This document shows, one piece after another, positions 1 through 13,100 of a stretch of DNA of 64,000 bases. Each line of letters opens with the position of its first letter. The first letter of the stretch is position 1. The notes beneath the pieces are model-generated. The model had not been told where the DNA came from and ran no database searches. It worked only from the letters and a program-made list of their open reading frames with translations. The translations under genes were made by a program, and so were the position numbers. This stretch comes from the human T2T-CHM13v2.0 reference genome, Homo sapiens, in the NCBI RefSeq assembly GCF_009914755.1, contig NC_060925.1. One strand, written 5' to 3'.

Positions 1-708
<708 letters not shown>

Positions 709-789
709 TGACAGAGAGTTTTTAAATACACTGTTTCATTTGATAATATATTGTGAATCTTGAGCTAGCATGTCTTTATTGATCCATTA

Positions 790-905
790 ACGCAAAGATT
801 TTGACTCAGTAGGCCTGAGATGAGGTCTTAGAATCTTCGTTTTAACAAATACCACAGGTGATTCTGATGCAAGTGACTCAATGAAAATTCTTTGGAAAAC
901 AGTGT
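790..905. mobile_element. MER5A/MER5B-like hAT-Charlie MITE fragment
   Basis: gattttgactcagtaggcctgag...ttttaacaaat...caggtgattctgatgca resembles the MER5 core. Confidence 0.65.
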
Positions 906-2122
906 CTTAAAAGAAGCATCTGAATAATAGAATAATAACTATATGTTTGATATTTGTGTGTGTACATGTTGGGATGGATGTTTGTGTGTGTGTGTGTGAG
1001 TATGGGTGTGTATGTTTTGAGGAGGGGTTGATTCTGTAAGCTTTACTGTTGGTAACATAACCAGATCTTAGCATAAATGAGAAATATAATAGATATTTTA
1101 AGTATTATTGGGAATCTCAAATTTAGATTAAAACTGAAATCTTTGCCTTTAAAAAGCGTGATATGTTATTATAGAAATAGTACCTTGTAAGAATCGTTAA
1201 GACGATGTGCAAAAGCAAATACAAGAAATTAATGTAACATCATCAGGATTCATATAAATTTTGATAAGTCAAAAATTTTTATGAAATTTAGGACTTTTGA
1301 CTGATTAGGCAATTTACAGTTGGCAAAAGCTGTACTTGAGTCAATCTTCGCCTAGAAAATTTGACTTCCTGTTTCTAAGAAAAAAAAACTCCTCTTAAAA
1401 AGCTCTCATAAAACAACTCCCAAGGCTTCTTGCACATCAAATAGCTCTTACAGAAACAAATTTTGATGAGGTAAGTGTAAGGAATTTAGTAACATATGGA
1501 TTAAATTTCCCTTAAAATAGACATCATTTTAAAATTAGGAGGAAAAAAAGTTCTTGGTAAAATATGAAAATGTGTTTTGGTTTTCCTTGAACCCCAAACA
1601 CAATTTGAAAAATAGTTCAAGATGTTCACCAACCCACCTCCAATACAACTGGTTTCACCCATCTTTAGTTCCAGGATATGAACTGTTGGGAGTTCTGGTG
1701 ATTATAAATACTACAAAAATATCAGCAGATACTGGCAAAATTTCAGAGACAAATAAGGAAACAGCAAAACTTTAGAAATAAGTACATTTAAAAGTTAGGG
1801 TGTTTTTCTTCAAAAACTTAGGGATGGGCAGTCCATCCCCTAAAAGCTAATGGAATAATTTAAATTCTTTATTGTATTTCAGAAGACAATGTGGATAGCT
1901 AAATATTTCAAGAAAACTTCTCATTATAATTAAATGGAAAAAAAATGCCCCATGGCAAGAAAAAATTTGGTGAAAAGCTACATGTACGTATAAGGACAAA
2001 CCTATCTCAAAGATCCAATAATATTAATATTATTTTATAGAAGCAGATACGCTTACAGGTTTTGATCATGACTATTTAGCTCAGTTGATGAAGGCTGGTA
2101 TTAGCAAAATTAAGATCATGGT

Positions 2123-3067
2123 GTTTATCATCAAAGATTATTGAATTTTGTTAAATGTTTTTTCTGCATCAATTAAAATTACCATTTCTACATCCTCTTC
2201 ATTCTGTTAATGTGGTATATTACATTGATTGACTTTTTTAAGTTGAACCATCCTTGCATTCTAGGAATAAGTCTCATTTTGTCATAGTGTATAATACTTT
2301 TAATATGCTGTTGAATTTGGTTTGCTAATATTTTGTTAAAGATTTTCATATCAATGTTCAAAAGGATTATTGATTTGTAGTTTTCTTGTAGTGTCTTGTC
2401 TGGATTTAGTATCAGGGCAATGCTGTCTTCATAGGATGAGTGGAAAGTGTTCTTTCCTTTTAAATTTTTTGAAAAAGTTTGAGAAGGATTTATATTGATT
2501 CTTCTTTGAGTGACTGATAGAATTCACTAGCAAGGCCTCCAGGTCAAGGAATTTTCTTTGTTACGAGATGTTTGTCCATAGCAGCAGTATTTACAATAAC
2601 TAAAATGTGAGAGCAACCCATGTGTCCATTGATGGTCAAATGTATATGCAAAAATGTGGTATGTACATATAGTGGAATATTATCCAGCCTTAAAAAGAAA
2701 CAAAATTCTGATATAGGCTGCAATGTGGATTAATCTTGCAGACACTACATTAAATGAAATAAGCCAGTCACAAAAAGGCAAATACTTTATCATTCCACTT
2801 ATATGAGGTACTCAGTGTTTTCAAAATGTTGGAGACAGGAAGTAAATGGTGATCATTAGGGGCTGGGGGGAGGAGGAAATGGGGAGTTACAGTTTAATAG
2901 CTATCAAGTTTCAGTTTTAAAAGGTGAAAAGTATTACGGAAATGGTAGTGATGGATGCACAACATTACTAATGTATTGAATACAACCAAACTGTACATTT
3001 TAAATGGCCAAGATGGTCAATTTTATGTTATAGGTATTTTACCATAATTTAAAAAATTGGAAAATTT
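2123..3067 (+). mobile_element. 5'-inverted L1M (L1MA/L1MB-like): antisense ORF2 RT segment (2123-~2570) joined to sense 3' end (~2570-3067)
   Basis: Antisense ORF2 text switches to sense text (ccatagcagcagtatttacaata...) ending in ttttatgttataggtatttttaccata. Flanked by ttaagatcatggt (2110-2122) and ttaaggtcatggt (3068-3080). Confidence 0.85.
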
Positions 3068-4219
3068 TTAAGGTCATGGTTCAATTTGTTGTTCAATTTT
3101 TATAAACTTGCCCTTTTCAATCAGTTTTTCTCACTAGAGTGGCTGTTCTAAAATCCAAATACTTCATGTCAATTTTCTTAAATCCTTCATGCATTCTCCA
3201 TTGCTTCCGAAGTAAATCCAAACTCCTTAGCATGTCAGCAAGGACTTTCCTGTGTATCTCTGGTGTCTCATCTTTCACTATTTCGTGTTTCAACACCTAA
3301 ATAGCTATATTCCATTCACAGGAACTATTTTCAGCCCCTCCAGTGTTTCTATAGTAAATGTCCTGTTGAATATTTAACTTGGATTTTTTTTCTCTTTCTC
3401 TTCTGAGAGAGGTACAGGGAAGTCACTTCAACCATCTTTAGAAAAGCAAATAATCTTTAGGCCCTGAACACAGTGTTCCCAAACAAAAAAGGGCTATATA
3501 TATTTGTAGTTATATATATGAACCCTGAAGAAAATGAGGTGATGATGAGAAAGTATGCAGTTATCCTAATTGTCCCAGGAATAAGGGGGTAGAAAGAACC
3601 TATTTTCAGGATCAAAAATAAATAAATAAGCTACTTGACTTTTAGTGGTATGAATTCTTAGAAAGGAAAAAACAGATGAGGAATTTCAGGTCTGCAGGGC
3701 ATAAATGCTTGGTTTAATCCTGATAGTATACTCCTGCAGCAGTTGTCGTCTCAGAGAATGACTTTATATGAGATCAAAAGACCCATGCTTTTAGCCTAGG
3801 CATCCTTCACTCCACTGGACTTGTGCTGAGGATATGGACCTTGCAGCCTTTAAGATCCATAGCAACAGGTCTGTGGTCTATCAGCATCTTTTGTGGACTC
3901 TGTAGGTCCAGTTGTCAACAGTGTCACCAAGCGGCAGCAAGAAGCAAAAGCAATAGCAGACTGATCAGACCCCAGGCTCTTCACTCTTGGGTGTTCAAGT
4001 CAGAGTGTTGACCTTCTGTTGGATTGTGCAAGCCTTTGGAGTTTGAGAAAACTCAGAAACATGAAAAACTGCAAGTGGGAGATAACTGAATGTTGGGCTA
4101 ATCTAATGTGTATGGGCTTGAGCTCGTTTTCTCTGGGATTAAAAAAAGGAAGTAGATTCTCCCCTTGGGCCAATTGTGTGGATCAATTATTATCAATATC
4201 TATCATGCTTCTCTAATTT

Positions 4220-4540
4220 TCCATCACCTTGAGTGTTCCTCTTTCTCCTTTTCTTACAAATAACTCAAGTGTCACTCTCCCAGGAAGTCTTCCCTGCCTC
4301 ATCAAGACTGAAATATCCCCTTAGCACCCTAAGCAAACACCTGTGTTACCCCCACCCCTCCCCACAGTCCCCCATCCCACCAAACCATGATCTCTTCTTC
4401 ACATTGCAACTTGAATTGCCTAATTTAAATGTCTGATTTTCTCATCTCCACCAAACTGTGAATTGTATAAAACAAGGATTACATGTCATTTACTGTTGTG
4501 TTTCTACTACCTAGGATGTACTTAATAAATACTAATAATA
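4220..4540 (+). mobile_element. L2 3' fragment
   Basis: Degenerate L2 3' motifs (caagtgtcactctcccaggaagtcttccctg...ccaccaaactgtgaa...gtacttaataaatact). Confidence 0.55.
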
Positions 4541-5004
4541 AGAGAATGAAGCTCTCTGATTAGAAAATAGAAATATCCATGCCAAATTTTAGGCTCAAAG
4601 ACCACAACCCATAATGACTAGATTACTAGTCCTTGGAATTAAATAAGTAAAAGATCACAATTTGACCAAGGTCATTAGGGAATTTTGTGTTTAGAGAAAG
4701 ATAAGGGCTAATGATGAAGTCTTGGGAGCTCTCATTCCCTGATGAAATTACCGTGTCCTCAAACACTCACCAAGAGGAAGGAGAGGACCCCTAATGTGTC
4801 CCTAGAAAAATGGGCAGGGAAATATTCCAGAGTGCAGAGTTGGAGGCTGACGGGGCTTGTCCAAGGAACTTACTCCACTGCCGGTAAGAAACCCTGTTTT
4901 TCTTTCCGGGAGAAGATGGTGTGTGCTTTGGATCACTGACCCCTTGGGATTGCTTCCCATTCTTTCTCTTTTTCAAATGAAAGGCTTTATCGCAGTTATC
5001 TTTT

Positions 5005-5695
5005 TTTTCAGGCAGGGTCCAATCAAGAAAACAGAAACCATGTTTCAACAGAGATAATATGATGCAATGCATAAACTAAACAGGTGTTGGTAAACTAAAA
5101 AGCAAACAGTAACACAGAAACAGTAATTGCAGAAAGTAAGGACTGGAGGAGAAAGGAAGAGATGGTAGTTAAGCTCAGAGCATGTTGCTGGGCAGCTGGA
5201 CTCAGACTTCTGAGGACAGAGCTTGTGTAGACCCTTCAGAAACTCAGAGGAAAGACCTCCCATAGCTGAGCCTCTGACCCGTGGAGAAGGAGTGCCATTA
5301 ATGTGGTGCCTGGGGAAGCTTCCCCATCGAGTTGGAACCCAGATCTGTGAGATGTGAATGGGGAGTGCTTCCTGGCTGTACTGGAACTGCTGAGAGGATT
5401 CCATGAGGCTGATTCTGGAAATGCTAAAAGAAGCACAAAATAATGCCCCCAAAATCCCCTAGAATCCAACTACCTATGCTGCGAAGGGCCAATTCTGGGG
5501 GATTCTGCAGAAATAGGAGGGAGCAAACCTTTTCTCCGCACTCCTCTTTCCCAATCTCTAGTACCCTTTATGGGCAGAAACCACCTGCCAAAAAAGAAAT
5601 GTGCTTCACAGGGTCCCAGACCCAGCATCACAGAGCAGAGCACAGAATGGTGAATTGGAGAAAGAGGCAAGAGTGTAACAAGCAGGACTGTTCAA
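5005..5695 (-). mobile_element. ERVL-class LTR (LTR41/LTR52-like)
   Basis: cagggtccaatcaagaaaacagaaacca at one end and cccagcatcacagagcagagcacagaatggtg at the other. Directly adjacent to ERVL internal sequence. Confidence 0.5.
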
Positions 5696-5719
5696 CTCTT
5701 TGTTTACTCACACTGACAC

Positions 5720-7660
5720 ACCCCCTTCTACATGTGTTTGAACTTTTATAAAGCAATAACATCAGGATACAACCATCCTTCATAAAATGAAAACTCTGTC
5801 ATCCTCTTCTCACAAAGGGAAGATACCAAGTCCCAATAGTTAACATATCCATCCTGAGCAACAGGCACAGTATCCATCTCTGTGTGGGGTTAACTAGTCT
5901 TATAATCCAGTCACAGTCCCACCTGAATATTCTGTGACCTAAACACTAATCTTTAAAATAATTCAACTGTACAATAACGCTTACATAAAATATTGGTAAA
6001 GGAAACTGGAGAAAATAGCACAGATAACACACAACACAATACGCAAGACAGAAAATATGCATGTCTGCTACAGTCCTTGTTTCTGTAAGTGGTCAGGATG
6101 TCATAGTAGGTAAGCGTTTATAATTTCTATCTCCATTCTCCGTCCCATGTTTTCTTTTCATTCAGCATCTCAGCTAATTTTGCTCTTTACCTGCTGGGAT
6201 GACACAGACCTTCAATCTATACTGGTCCTGCCTTCTCTTGGTTGCTATCATTTTTCCATTAACTTTTGCTACTGGGAATGGAAGCACAAAAAGGCGCCCT
6301 CAGAATCCCCGAGAATCCAGCCATAATTCTTGTCCCCACTGTGAAGCAGCAATCCAACTTCTTCTTGATGGTCAAGATTAATCACCCAAGCAAACAGTAA
6401 GATCCTTTTTTAAATTTAATTTAATTTTATTATTATACTTTAAGTTCTAGGGTACATGTGCACAACGTGCAGGTTTGTTACTTATGTATACATGTGCCAT
6501 GTTGGTGTGCTGCACCCATTAACTCGTTATTTACATTAGGTATATCTCCTAATGCTATCCCTCCCCCCTGCCCCCATCCCACGACAGGTCCTGGTGTGTG
6601 ATGTTCCCCTTCCTGTGTCCAAGTGTTCTCATTGTTCAGTTCCCACCTCTGAGTGAGAACATGCGGTGTTTGGTTTTCTGTGCTTGCGATAGTTTGCTGA
6701 GAATGATGGTTTCCAGCTTCATCCATGTCCCTACAAAGGAAACAAACTCATCCTTTTTTATTGCTGCATAGTATTCCATTGTGTATATGTGCCACATTTT
6801 CTTAATCCAGTCTATCATTGATGGGCACTTGGGTTGGTTCCAAGTCTTTGCTATTGTGAATAGTGCCGCAATAAACATACGTGTGCATGTGTCTTTATAG
6901 CAGCATGATTTACAATCCTTTGGGTATATATCCAGTAATGGGATGGCTGGGTCAAATGGTATTTCTAGTTCTAGATCCATGAAGAATCACCACACTGTCT
7001 TCCACAATGGTTGAACTAGTTTACAGTCCCACCAACCGTGTAAAAGCGTTCCTATTTCTCCACATCCTCTCCAGCACCTGTTGTTTCCTGATTTTTTAAT
7101 GATTGCCACTCTAACTGGTGTGAGATGGTATCTCATTGTGGTTTTGATTTGCATTTCTGTGATGGTCAGTGATGAGGAGCAGTTTTTCATGTGTCTGTTG
7201 GCTGCATAAATGTCTTCTTTTGAGAAGTGTCTGTTCATATCCTTCACCCACTTTTTGATGGGGTTGTTTGATTTTTTCTTGTAAATTTGTTTAAATTCTT
7301 TGTCGATTCTGGATATTAGCCCTTTGTCAGATGGGTAGATTGCAAAAATTTTCTCCCATTCTGTAGGCTGCCTGTTCACTCTGATGGTAGTTTCTTCTGC
7401 TGTGCAGAAGCTCTTTAGTTTAATTAGATCTCATTTGTCAGTTTTGGCTTTTGTTGCCATTGCTTTTGGTGTTTTAGACATGAAGTCCTTGCCCATGTCT
7501 ATGTCCTGAATGGTATTGCCTAGGTTTTCTTTTAGAGTTTTTATGGTTTTAGGTCTAACATTTAAGTCTTTAATCCATCTTGAATTAATTTTTGTAAAAG
7601 GTGTAAGGAAGGGATCATTTTAGTAGCATGAAGACCCCAAAATGGTCAGTGGCACCATCA
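5720..7660 (-). mobile_element. ERVL internal fragment (about 5720-6400 and 7620-7660) interrupted by L1PA
   Basis: ctacagtccttgtttctgtaagtggtca...ttttccattaacttttgctactggg...cttgatggtcaagattaatcaccc resembles ERVL internal 3' sequence. It resumes after the L1 (agcatgaagaccccaaaatgg). Confidence 0.6.
6405..7616 (-). mobile_element. 5'-truncated L1PA (about PA4-PA6), ORF2 C-terminus plus 3'UTR
   Basis: ORFs 6987-7379 and 6636-6980 translate to the L1 ORF2 C-terminus ([10 protein letters not shown]...[13 protein letters not shown]...EIPFDPAIPLLDIYP). Canonical L1PA 3'UTR and T-rich tail. Confidence 0.97.
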
Positions 7661-10600
7661 AAATAAGGAGGTAGTGATAGCATAAACCAGATTTGTTTGA
7701 CAAGTTCTCAAGATTGGTTCTTGGGCTATTCCTTGGAATTTACCAGGAATAAAAGTTAAGATTTGTTTCAAGACATAAGGAGGAGGAAAAGAGAAAACTA
7801 CAATGGGAAGTAAGAGTGACAGAACGGCACACCCTTTTTTACTGGGTAATATACCCTAGACCAAAGCAGCAGTTCTGAAAATATTTGAAGTTTTGGAAAC
7901 TGGAAGCACAATTTCTTGCTGAACTTGAGTCCCAATGCTTTGGATAAAACTAGACAAAATCTGGAACATAATGGAGGCACAGTTTCATCTATATTTAGCA
8001 CACCTATATTTAGTTTTATTTTATGGAATATCAAGAACTGGCTTAGAAATATTTGTGAAGAAGGCATTTCCCTAAATTCTTCACTTCAGTTTTCATTGTT
8101 AGAACCTCCTCAATGTCTTATAACTTCCCTCAGTACAATTATGGCCAGGTTTATCATCACTGCCTGGGAAACCCCAAAAATCAGAGCTTACACAACCTGC
8201 CTATAATATACTTGTCATTTAAGCTCACTCTAAAACGCAACCTCTCAGCTCTCTCATTTGCTCAGTTGATAAATGTATCCACACTAATTAAAAGGGATGT
8301 AGGAGCTGCAGCAGTGTGATTAATATACTGGCTTGCACAGATAAACATGGTGTTTATAATAGTCAAAAGTAAATTCATTCTGGAAGACAATGAGGCGAAC
8401 AATTTAGTGAAGCATTAAACTCAGGCACAGTGATTTTGGAACCAGATAACTCATATAAAACATATTCTATATTTTATAGAATATAAATAATGAAATGTAT
8501 TTTTTCTTTCTTGGGAACTATTGTTATATCTTGAATGCTTTTAGGCATTCTTCCAGAAGTCAAACAAAAAAGGAGAAATTGTTTACTTGAAACTTCTAAG
8601 AAGTAAAGAAGGTGATAACTTACACAGGTCATCTCTGAGCTTAAATTGTGCGATGCTAAGAACAAAGAAATCAGAAGGGTTAAGATTCCTATGTGTTTTC
8701 ACTTCCTCACTTAGCCCATTTTCTGTCCCAGTTTTTCAGTCCTCTGTTGTTCCTGTTCTTTCATGAGCATCAATGTGTGTTCAAAGTAAAAATTGAATGC
8801 TTAAATACTGCAGTAAAGGGAAATTAGAAAATCTTAAGTTAGTTTCAGTTTTAGATTTTAAGGCTGGATTCTAAATGCCAGTTTGTTTAAGCGATGCTTT
8901 TCCCTTTGTTTCTACATGTTGAAATAGGAAAGTTCTGTGGGAAATTGGCTTCCTGGTGTGAAATGCAAGACTTGAAGTTCAAAGATACTTGTGAAATCCA
9001 GTCCTTGTTTTGTTCATTAATTTCTATAAGCAAGCACAACTATTTAGCTAAACAATTCAAGACCTAACTGAACTGTTAAATGTATAAACAGCGGGACAAC
9101 CATGGGAACTAATTGCCCTTCCCTGAGATGCAGCGACATTTGGGGAAAAGTCACCATATGCACATTTCAAAAGCTGCAGGTGCAACCACATGGAAAGGTT
9201 AGGTCAGTTATGGAATTGAAAGTATACTGAAAATATAAACTAACATGAACTAGGAAAAAAAGACCTCATGAAGAGGAAGAAAAATGAGAGGTGGGTGGAT
9301 TCAGACCCTTGTAAAGACTTCCTGTCAATAGTCCTGGTTTCTCAGGGAAGTCTCATTATGTGGCCTTCATTAGGTGAGTTTGAAAGAGGTTAGGGAGGAA
9401 GGGGCTGAGCCAAATAGGGAAGCAGTAGGGTATCCCTTCTCATCTGTCTGTGCCCCACAAGGTTGTTGATTGCTGAAATGGGCAGAGCAGCCTGCCTGTC
9501 ACATGTGGCATAATGAAATTCCTGCCCACGTCTGTTGTGAGCTCTCTCCTTTGAAGCTGGGCTCTGTTACGGCTGCTCCAAATGAAACATGTACCAAAGT
9601 GACCCATGGACAGGGAGAACTGTGGTTTCCATAGAGCTGGCATTTGTTCAACAATGTATAGTATAAGCCTGAATAATAACCGAGGCAGTTTAGAAGGGAA
9701 GAGGGCAAAGGCAAAAACAATAATAAAAACCCTAGAAAAAAGTACAGTGGATTCCTGCAGTTGCTTTAATCTCCCCAGTATAACAATATTTATGGAAATA
9801 TACTATCAACACTGAGAAAGAAATATACACACACATGCATATATACTAAAACACACACCCATAACCACCCATATAGTAATAATTAAAAGGCAGTGACTTG
9901 AGTCTCCTTACCTTTCTGAACATCTGTCATGTTTTGGCAGATCATCAAAGCTCCCAGGAACATGGTAACTGACTAGTAAGCCGATGCTCTCTTCACTACC
10001 CAGTCTAAATGTGCGTTTCTCTCTGGTACTGTTCCCAAATGGTGGTTCTTTCTTACCCACTGTAAGGCCCCTTTTTCCTGCAGTGTGCATTTATTCTTTA
10101 CCCTACAAGAAAACAGAATGTGACCAGATGGTTGTTACTAGGAAAGAATTATCCTGAAAAGAAACTAGATGCCAGTTTCTAATTCTTAATTCTCACTCTG
10201 TAACTTATGGGTTAAAGGCCCTGAATTTTAAGCTTCATTCTTTTTGGAGGGATAAGTGTGACCACGAGTTCTCCTTTTCTCCAAAGACGAGTGTATAGCT
10301 CCTTCATAGAATGTTCTGAAATGCCTGGAGGAACTGGGTCAGCTCTGCAAACAGTACTTACTATCCTTTCACTCTGCAGAAAGCCTGACCTTAACAATTC
10401 CACATCTATCCAAATATAAAGAACAAAAGGTAGTGACTCGGCCCCTCTCTCTTATCCCTTCCCCCTCTGCACTCGTGTTTCCTGCATTTAATAAAGGCAG
10501 CAGCTAAAATTTAATAGGAATTGGATAACCATGAAGCCATCTCCTGGAGTTACATAGCATGTTTTGTATTATAGTGTTAGGATTAAGGAAGGAAGAAGGC

Positions 10601-11953
10601 TAAATCTGCCTCTTGCTTCAAAAACTGGTTTCTTGACATCAGATTGACATGGATGGTGAGTGAAATACAGGATGAAGCCAAATAGTGTGTGTGTATGTGT
10701 GTGTTGGTGAGTGTGTGTTGAGGTCAGGTTGAAGAGTTGCAAAGTAAAAGTCAGTACATATGATTTTTGTTATTGTGGCAAGTTATTGCTCTAACTGATG
10801 TTTCACTGAGTCATCTAAATGTGCATAGAGTAACCGCCTTAAATACAGAATGTATTCCAGTAAAAGTGCTATAGCAAAGCTCCTTGGCTTTTTTCAAATA
10901 AGGTGTTTTCAAGCTGACATGCTGTTCATTGGGTTTGATGGTGCACACAGGAGATCTGTGTGTTCCCAAATACACCAACCTTCTTAACCATCACTAGACT
11001 GAGGCTAGTTCCTATGGGAAATATAAACTTCTTTGTTTTCAAAAAAACATATGGGCCAAATTAGAAAGTAAATAAATGAATACCTCTCAAGAATCCATGA
11101 TAACACTTGCCGAGCAGTGGGTCAGGCCAGATTTAATCTAAAATCTTTCTGCTGCGTGTAAATGATTATGTCATAGCATTTGTCTTTAATTACTCACCTC
11201 TTTCCAAAGGCTTGACTCATAATGCGTTTCTCGGTTAACCACAAACACTTGTACTACAAGATTTGTCATATAGATTCACTCACTCCCTATACCCACCCCT
11301 TCTTCTTTCCCCTTCGCTACAACATTGTTAAGTCGTAGCTCCTGAAAAAGAAATTTTGAGACATTGTCTAAACCACCCCTTCCCTGATGTTTTGAAAATT
11401 TCCATGCAAAGAAAAATGGCACCGTCCCTTTCTTGACTCATGAAGACCACTATAGTAGACTTAATAGTAGTGGGAAATAGCAATACTCTATCATCATGGT
11501 TTTACACTTATATGACTTTGTTCCTCTGAGAATTTCTAAGAGTTTCAAAACATATGAAAAGAATAAAGACAATGGGTTGTAGCTTGTAAATGAGTACAAG
11601 TCAATTAAGCACCCACATACATATTTTTTCCTTCATCACTTCACTTCTCACCTCACCTTCCCCTGTGAGAAACAGAATGAATTCTGATTTAATTGAGTGA
11701 ATTAAATCAGTCATGTCCTCAGCCCACTTAGCACATATTGTTAATCCACTCAGTTTTAGCAGAGGTGTTGGCTCTCATTGGTGATTGTTTCCATATCTTC
11801 TGACCAATCCTGTAAGAAGTTTGGGATTATAGAATTTGGGGGAAATATAAGAAATGACACAATCCTAAAGGTATGTCCATCCAGGATTGGTGTTATTTGT
11901 AGGTAAAGTAGGAATCACCTAAATGATGCAATTTGGGAGGTTTAAAGGATTTT

Positions 11954-12191
11954 CATCTCAGCTTACTACAACCTCCACCTCCTGGGTTCAAGTGATTCTC
12001 CCTGCCTCAGCCTCCCGAGTAGCTGGGATTACAGGCACCCACCACTATGCCCTGCTAATTTTTGTATTTATAGTAGAGGCGGGGTTTCACCATGTTAGCC
12101 AGGCTGGTCTCAAACTCCTGACCTCAGGTGACCCGCCTGCCTCGGCCTCTCAAAATATTGGGATTACAGGGGTGAGCCACCACGCCCAGCC
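11954..12191 (-). mobile_element. AluSx-like element lacking its 3' end and poly-A tail
   Basis: Intact 5' end at 12191, stops after ...GTAAGCTGAGATG. Flanked by ttaaaggatttt (11942-11953) and ttaaaggctttt (12192-12203). Confidence 0.9.
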
Positions 12192-12276
12192 TTAAAGGCT
12201 TTTTGACTCCCAAATCTTGATCCTACTAACCTGAAATTTCCATTTTGTTAGTTCGTGAGGGTTTTTTGTTTTTGGT

Positions 12277-12302
12277 GGGTGGGGGGTTGGGGGGTGGGGG
12301 GG
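12277..12302 (+). other. G-quadruplex-forming motif
   Basis: GGG-T-GGGGGG-TT-GGGGGG-T-GGGGGGG, four G-runs with 1-2 nt loops. Confidence 0.7.
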
Positions 12303-12929
12303 CATTGAATGAAAAGGTCTCTAAACAGCCACAAGAATTTTCTTAAGGTTAGAATGAAAATTGCAATACTGGCAGGGCTTAATGTCATATTAGTTTGTGC
12401 CTCCAGGAAGGAGGTGGAAAGATGGCTGGGACCCTGAATCTTCATTCTGTATCTGTTGTCTATTATAATTCCAGTGGAGGTTATTACTATATAGGACATG
12501 ATCCCCAATTCCCTTCTGGGATTCTTGACTCGGGGTAGTGGCCTAAGGCCCCGTATCAACAAGAAAATTCCTTCTACCTATTTGATTCAAATTAGATTAA
12601 GTAGCCTCCTTGGCGCCTTTCCTGTAGTGTGGACCCTAGTAACTTAAATCCTGAAGTCTTATCAATTTGACAGTGAGAAGCTAAAGAAAGAGGAGCCTTT
12701 TAAAAAGTGTCAAGGGGAAAAAGTGTCTCTTGCTCCCCCTAAGCCTCTCATTCCATGTCTGTTTTCCTCTGGATACCAAACAGGTTGCGGCATGGGATTG
12801 CATCAGCCTATGGGGAAGAAAAAGAAGAAAATAGACAATCTGCACAGAATATGTAAAAGGAGAACCAAAGCCCAAAGAGAAAAATGCTGAGAAGTCGCCA
12901 GCAAAGAAAGCACAGTAAACAACAGCAGG

Positions 12930-13100
12930 GGCCGGGCGCAGTGGCTCACGCCTGTAATCCCAACTACTCAGGAGGCTGAGGCGGGGGAATCGCTTGAACC
13001 CATTAGGCGGAGATGGCAGTGAGCCAAGATAGCACCACTGCACACCACCTCATGACAGAGCTAGACCCCGTCTCAAAAAACAAAAACAAACAAACAAAAA
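12930..13100 (+). mobile_element. Monomer-length AluS (left-arm start fused to right arm)
   Basis: ggccgggcgcagtggctcacgcctgtaatccc runs straight into aactactcaggaggctgagg...gaatcgcttgaaccc. A/C-rich tail, TSD aacagcagg (12921-12929 and 13101-13109). Confidence 0.9.

Noticed and set aside
1440-1477. Strong plus-strand donor GAG|GTAAGT
   Set aside because: Upstream acceptors are weak and no coding frame or partner exons are evident.
1818-1844. Small hairpin ttagggatgg...ccatcccctaa (similar one at about 37886-37910)
   Set aside because: Short imperfect stems are expected by chance in 64 kb.
2070-2122. tRNA gene
   Set aside because: Too degenerate for a cloverleaf and split by an L1. At most a SINE head or pseudogene.
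4742-5751. Cluster of overlapping 65-135 aa ORFs
   Set aside because: They overlap an old ERVL LTR and have no recognisable domain or splice context.
6478-7379. ORFs with clear protein similarity
   Set aside because: They are L1 ORF2 C-terminal pieces and 3'UTR of a truncated L1PA, broken by stops. Reported as a mobile element.
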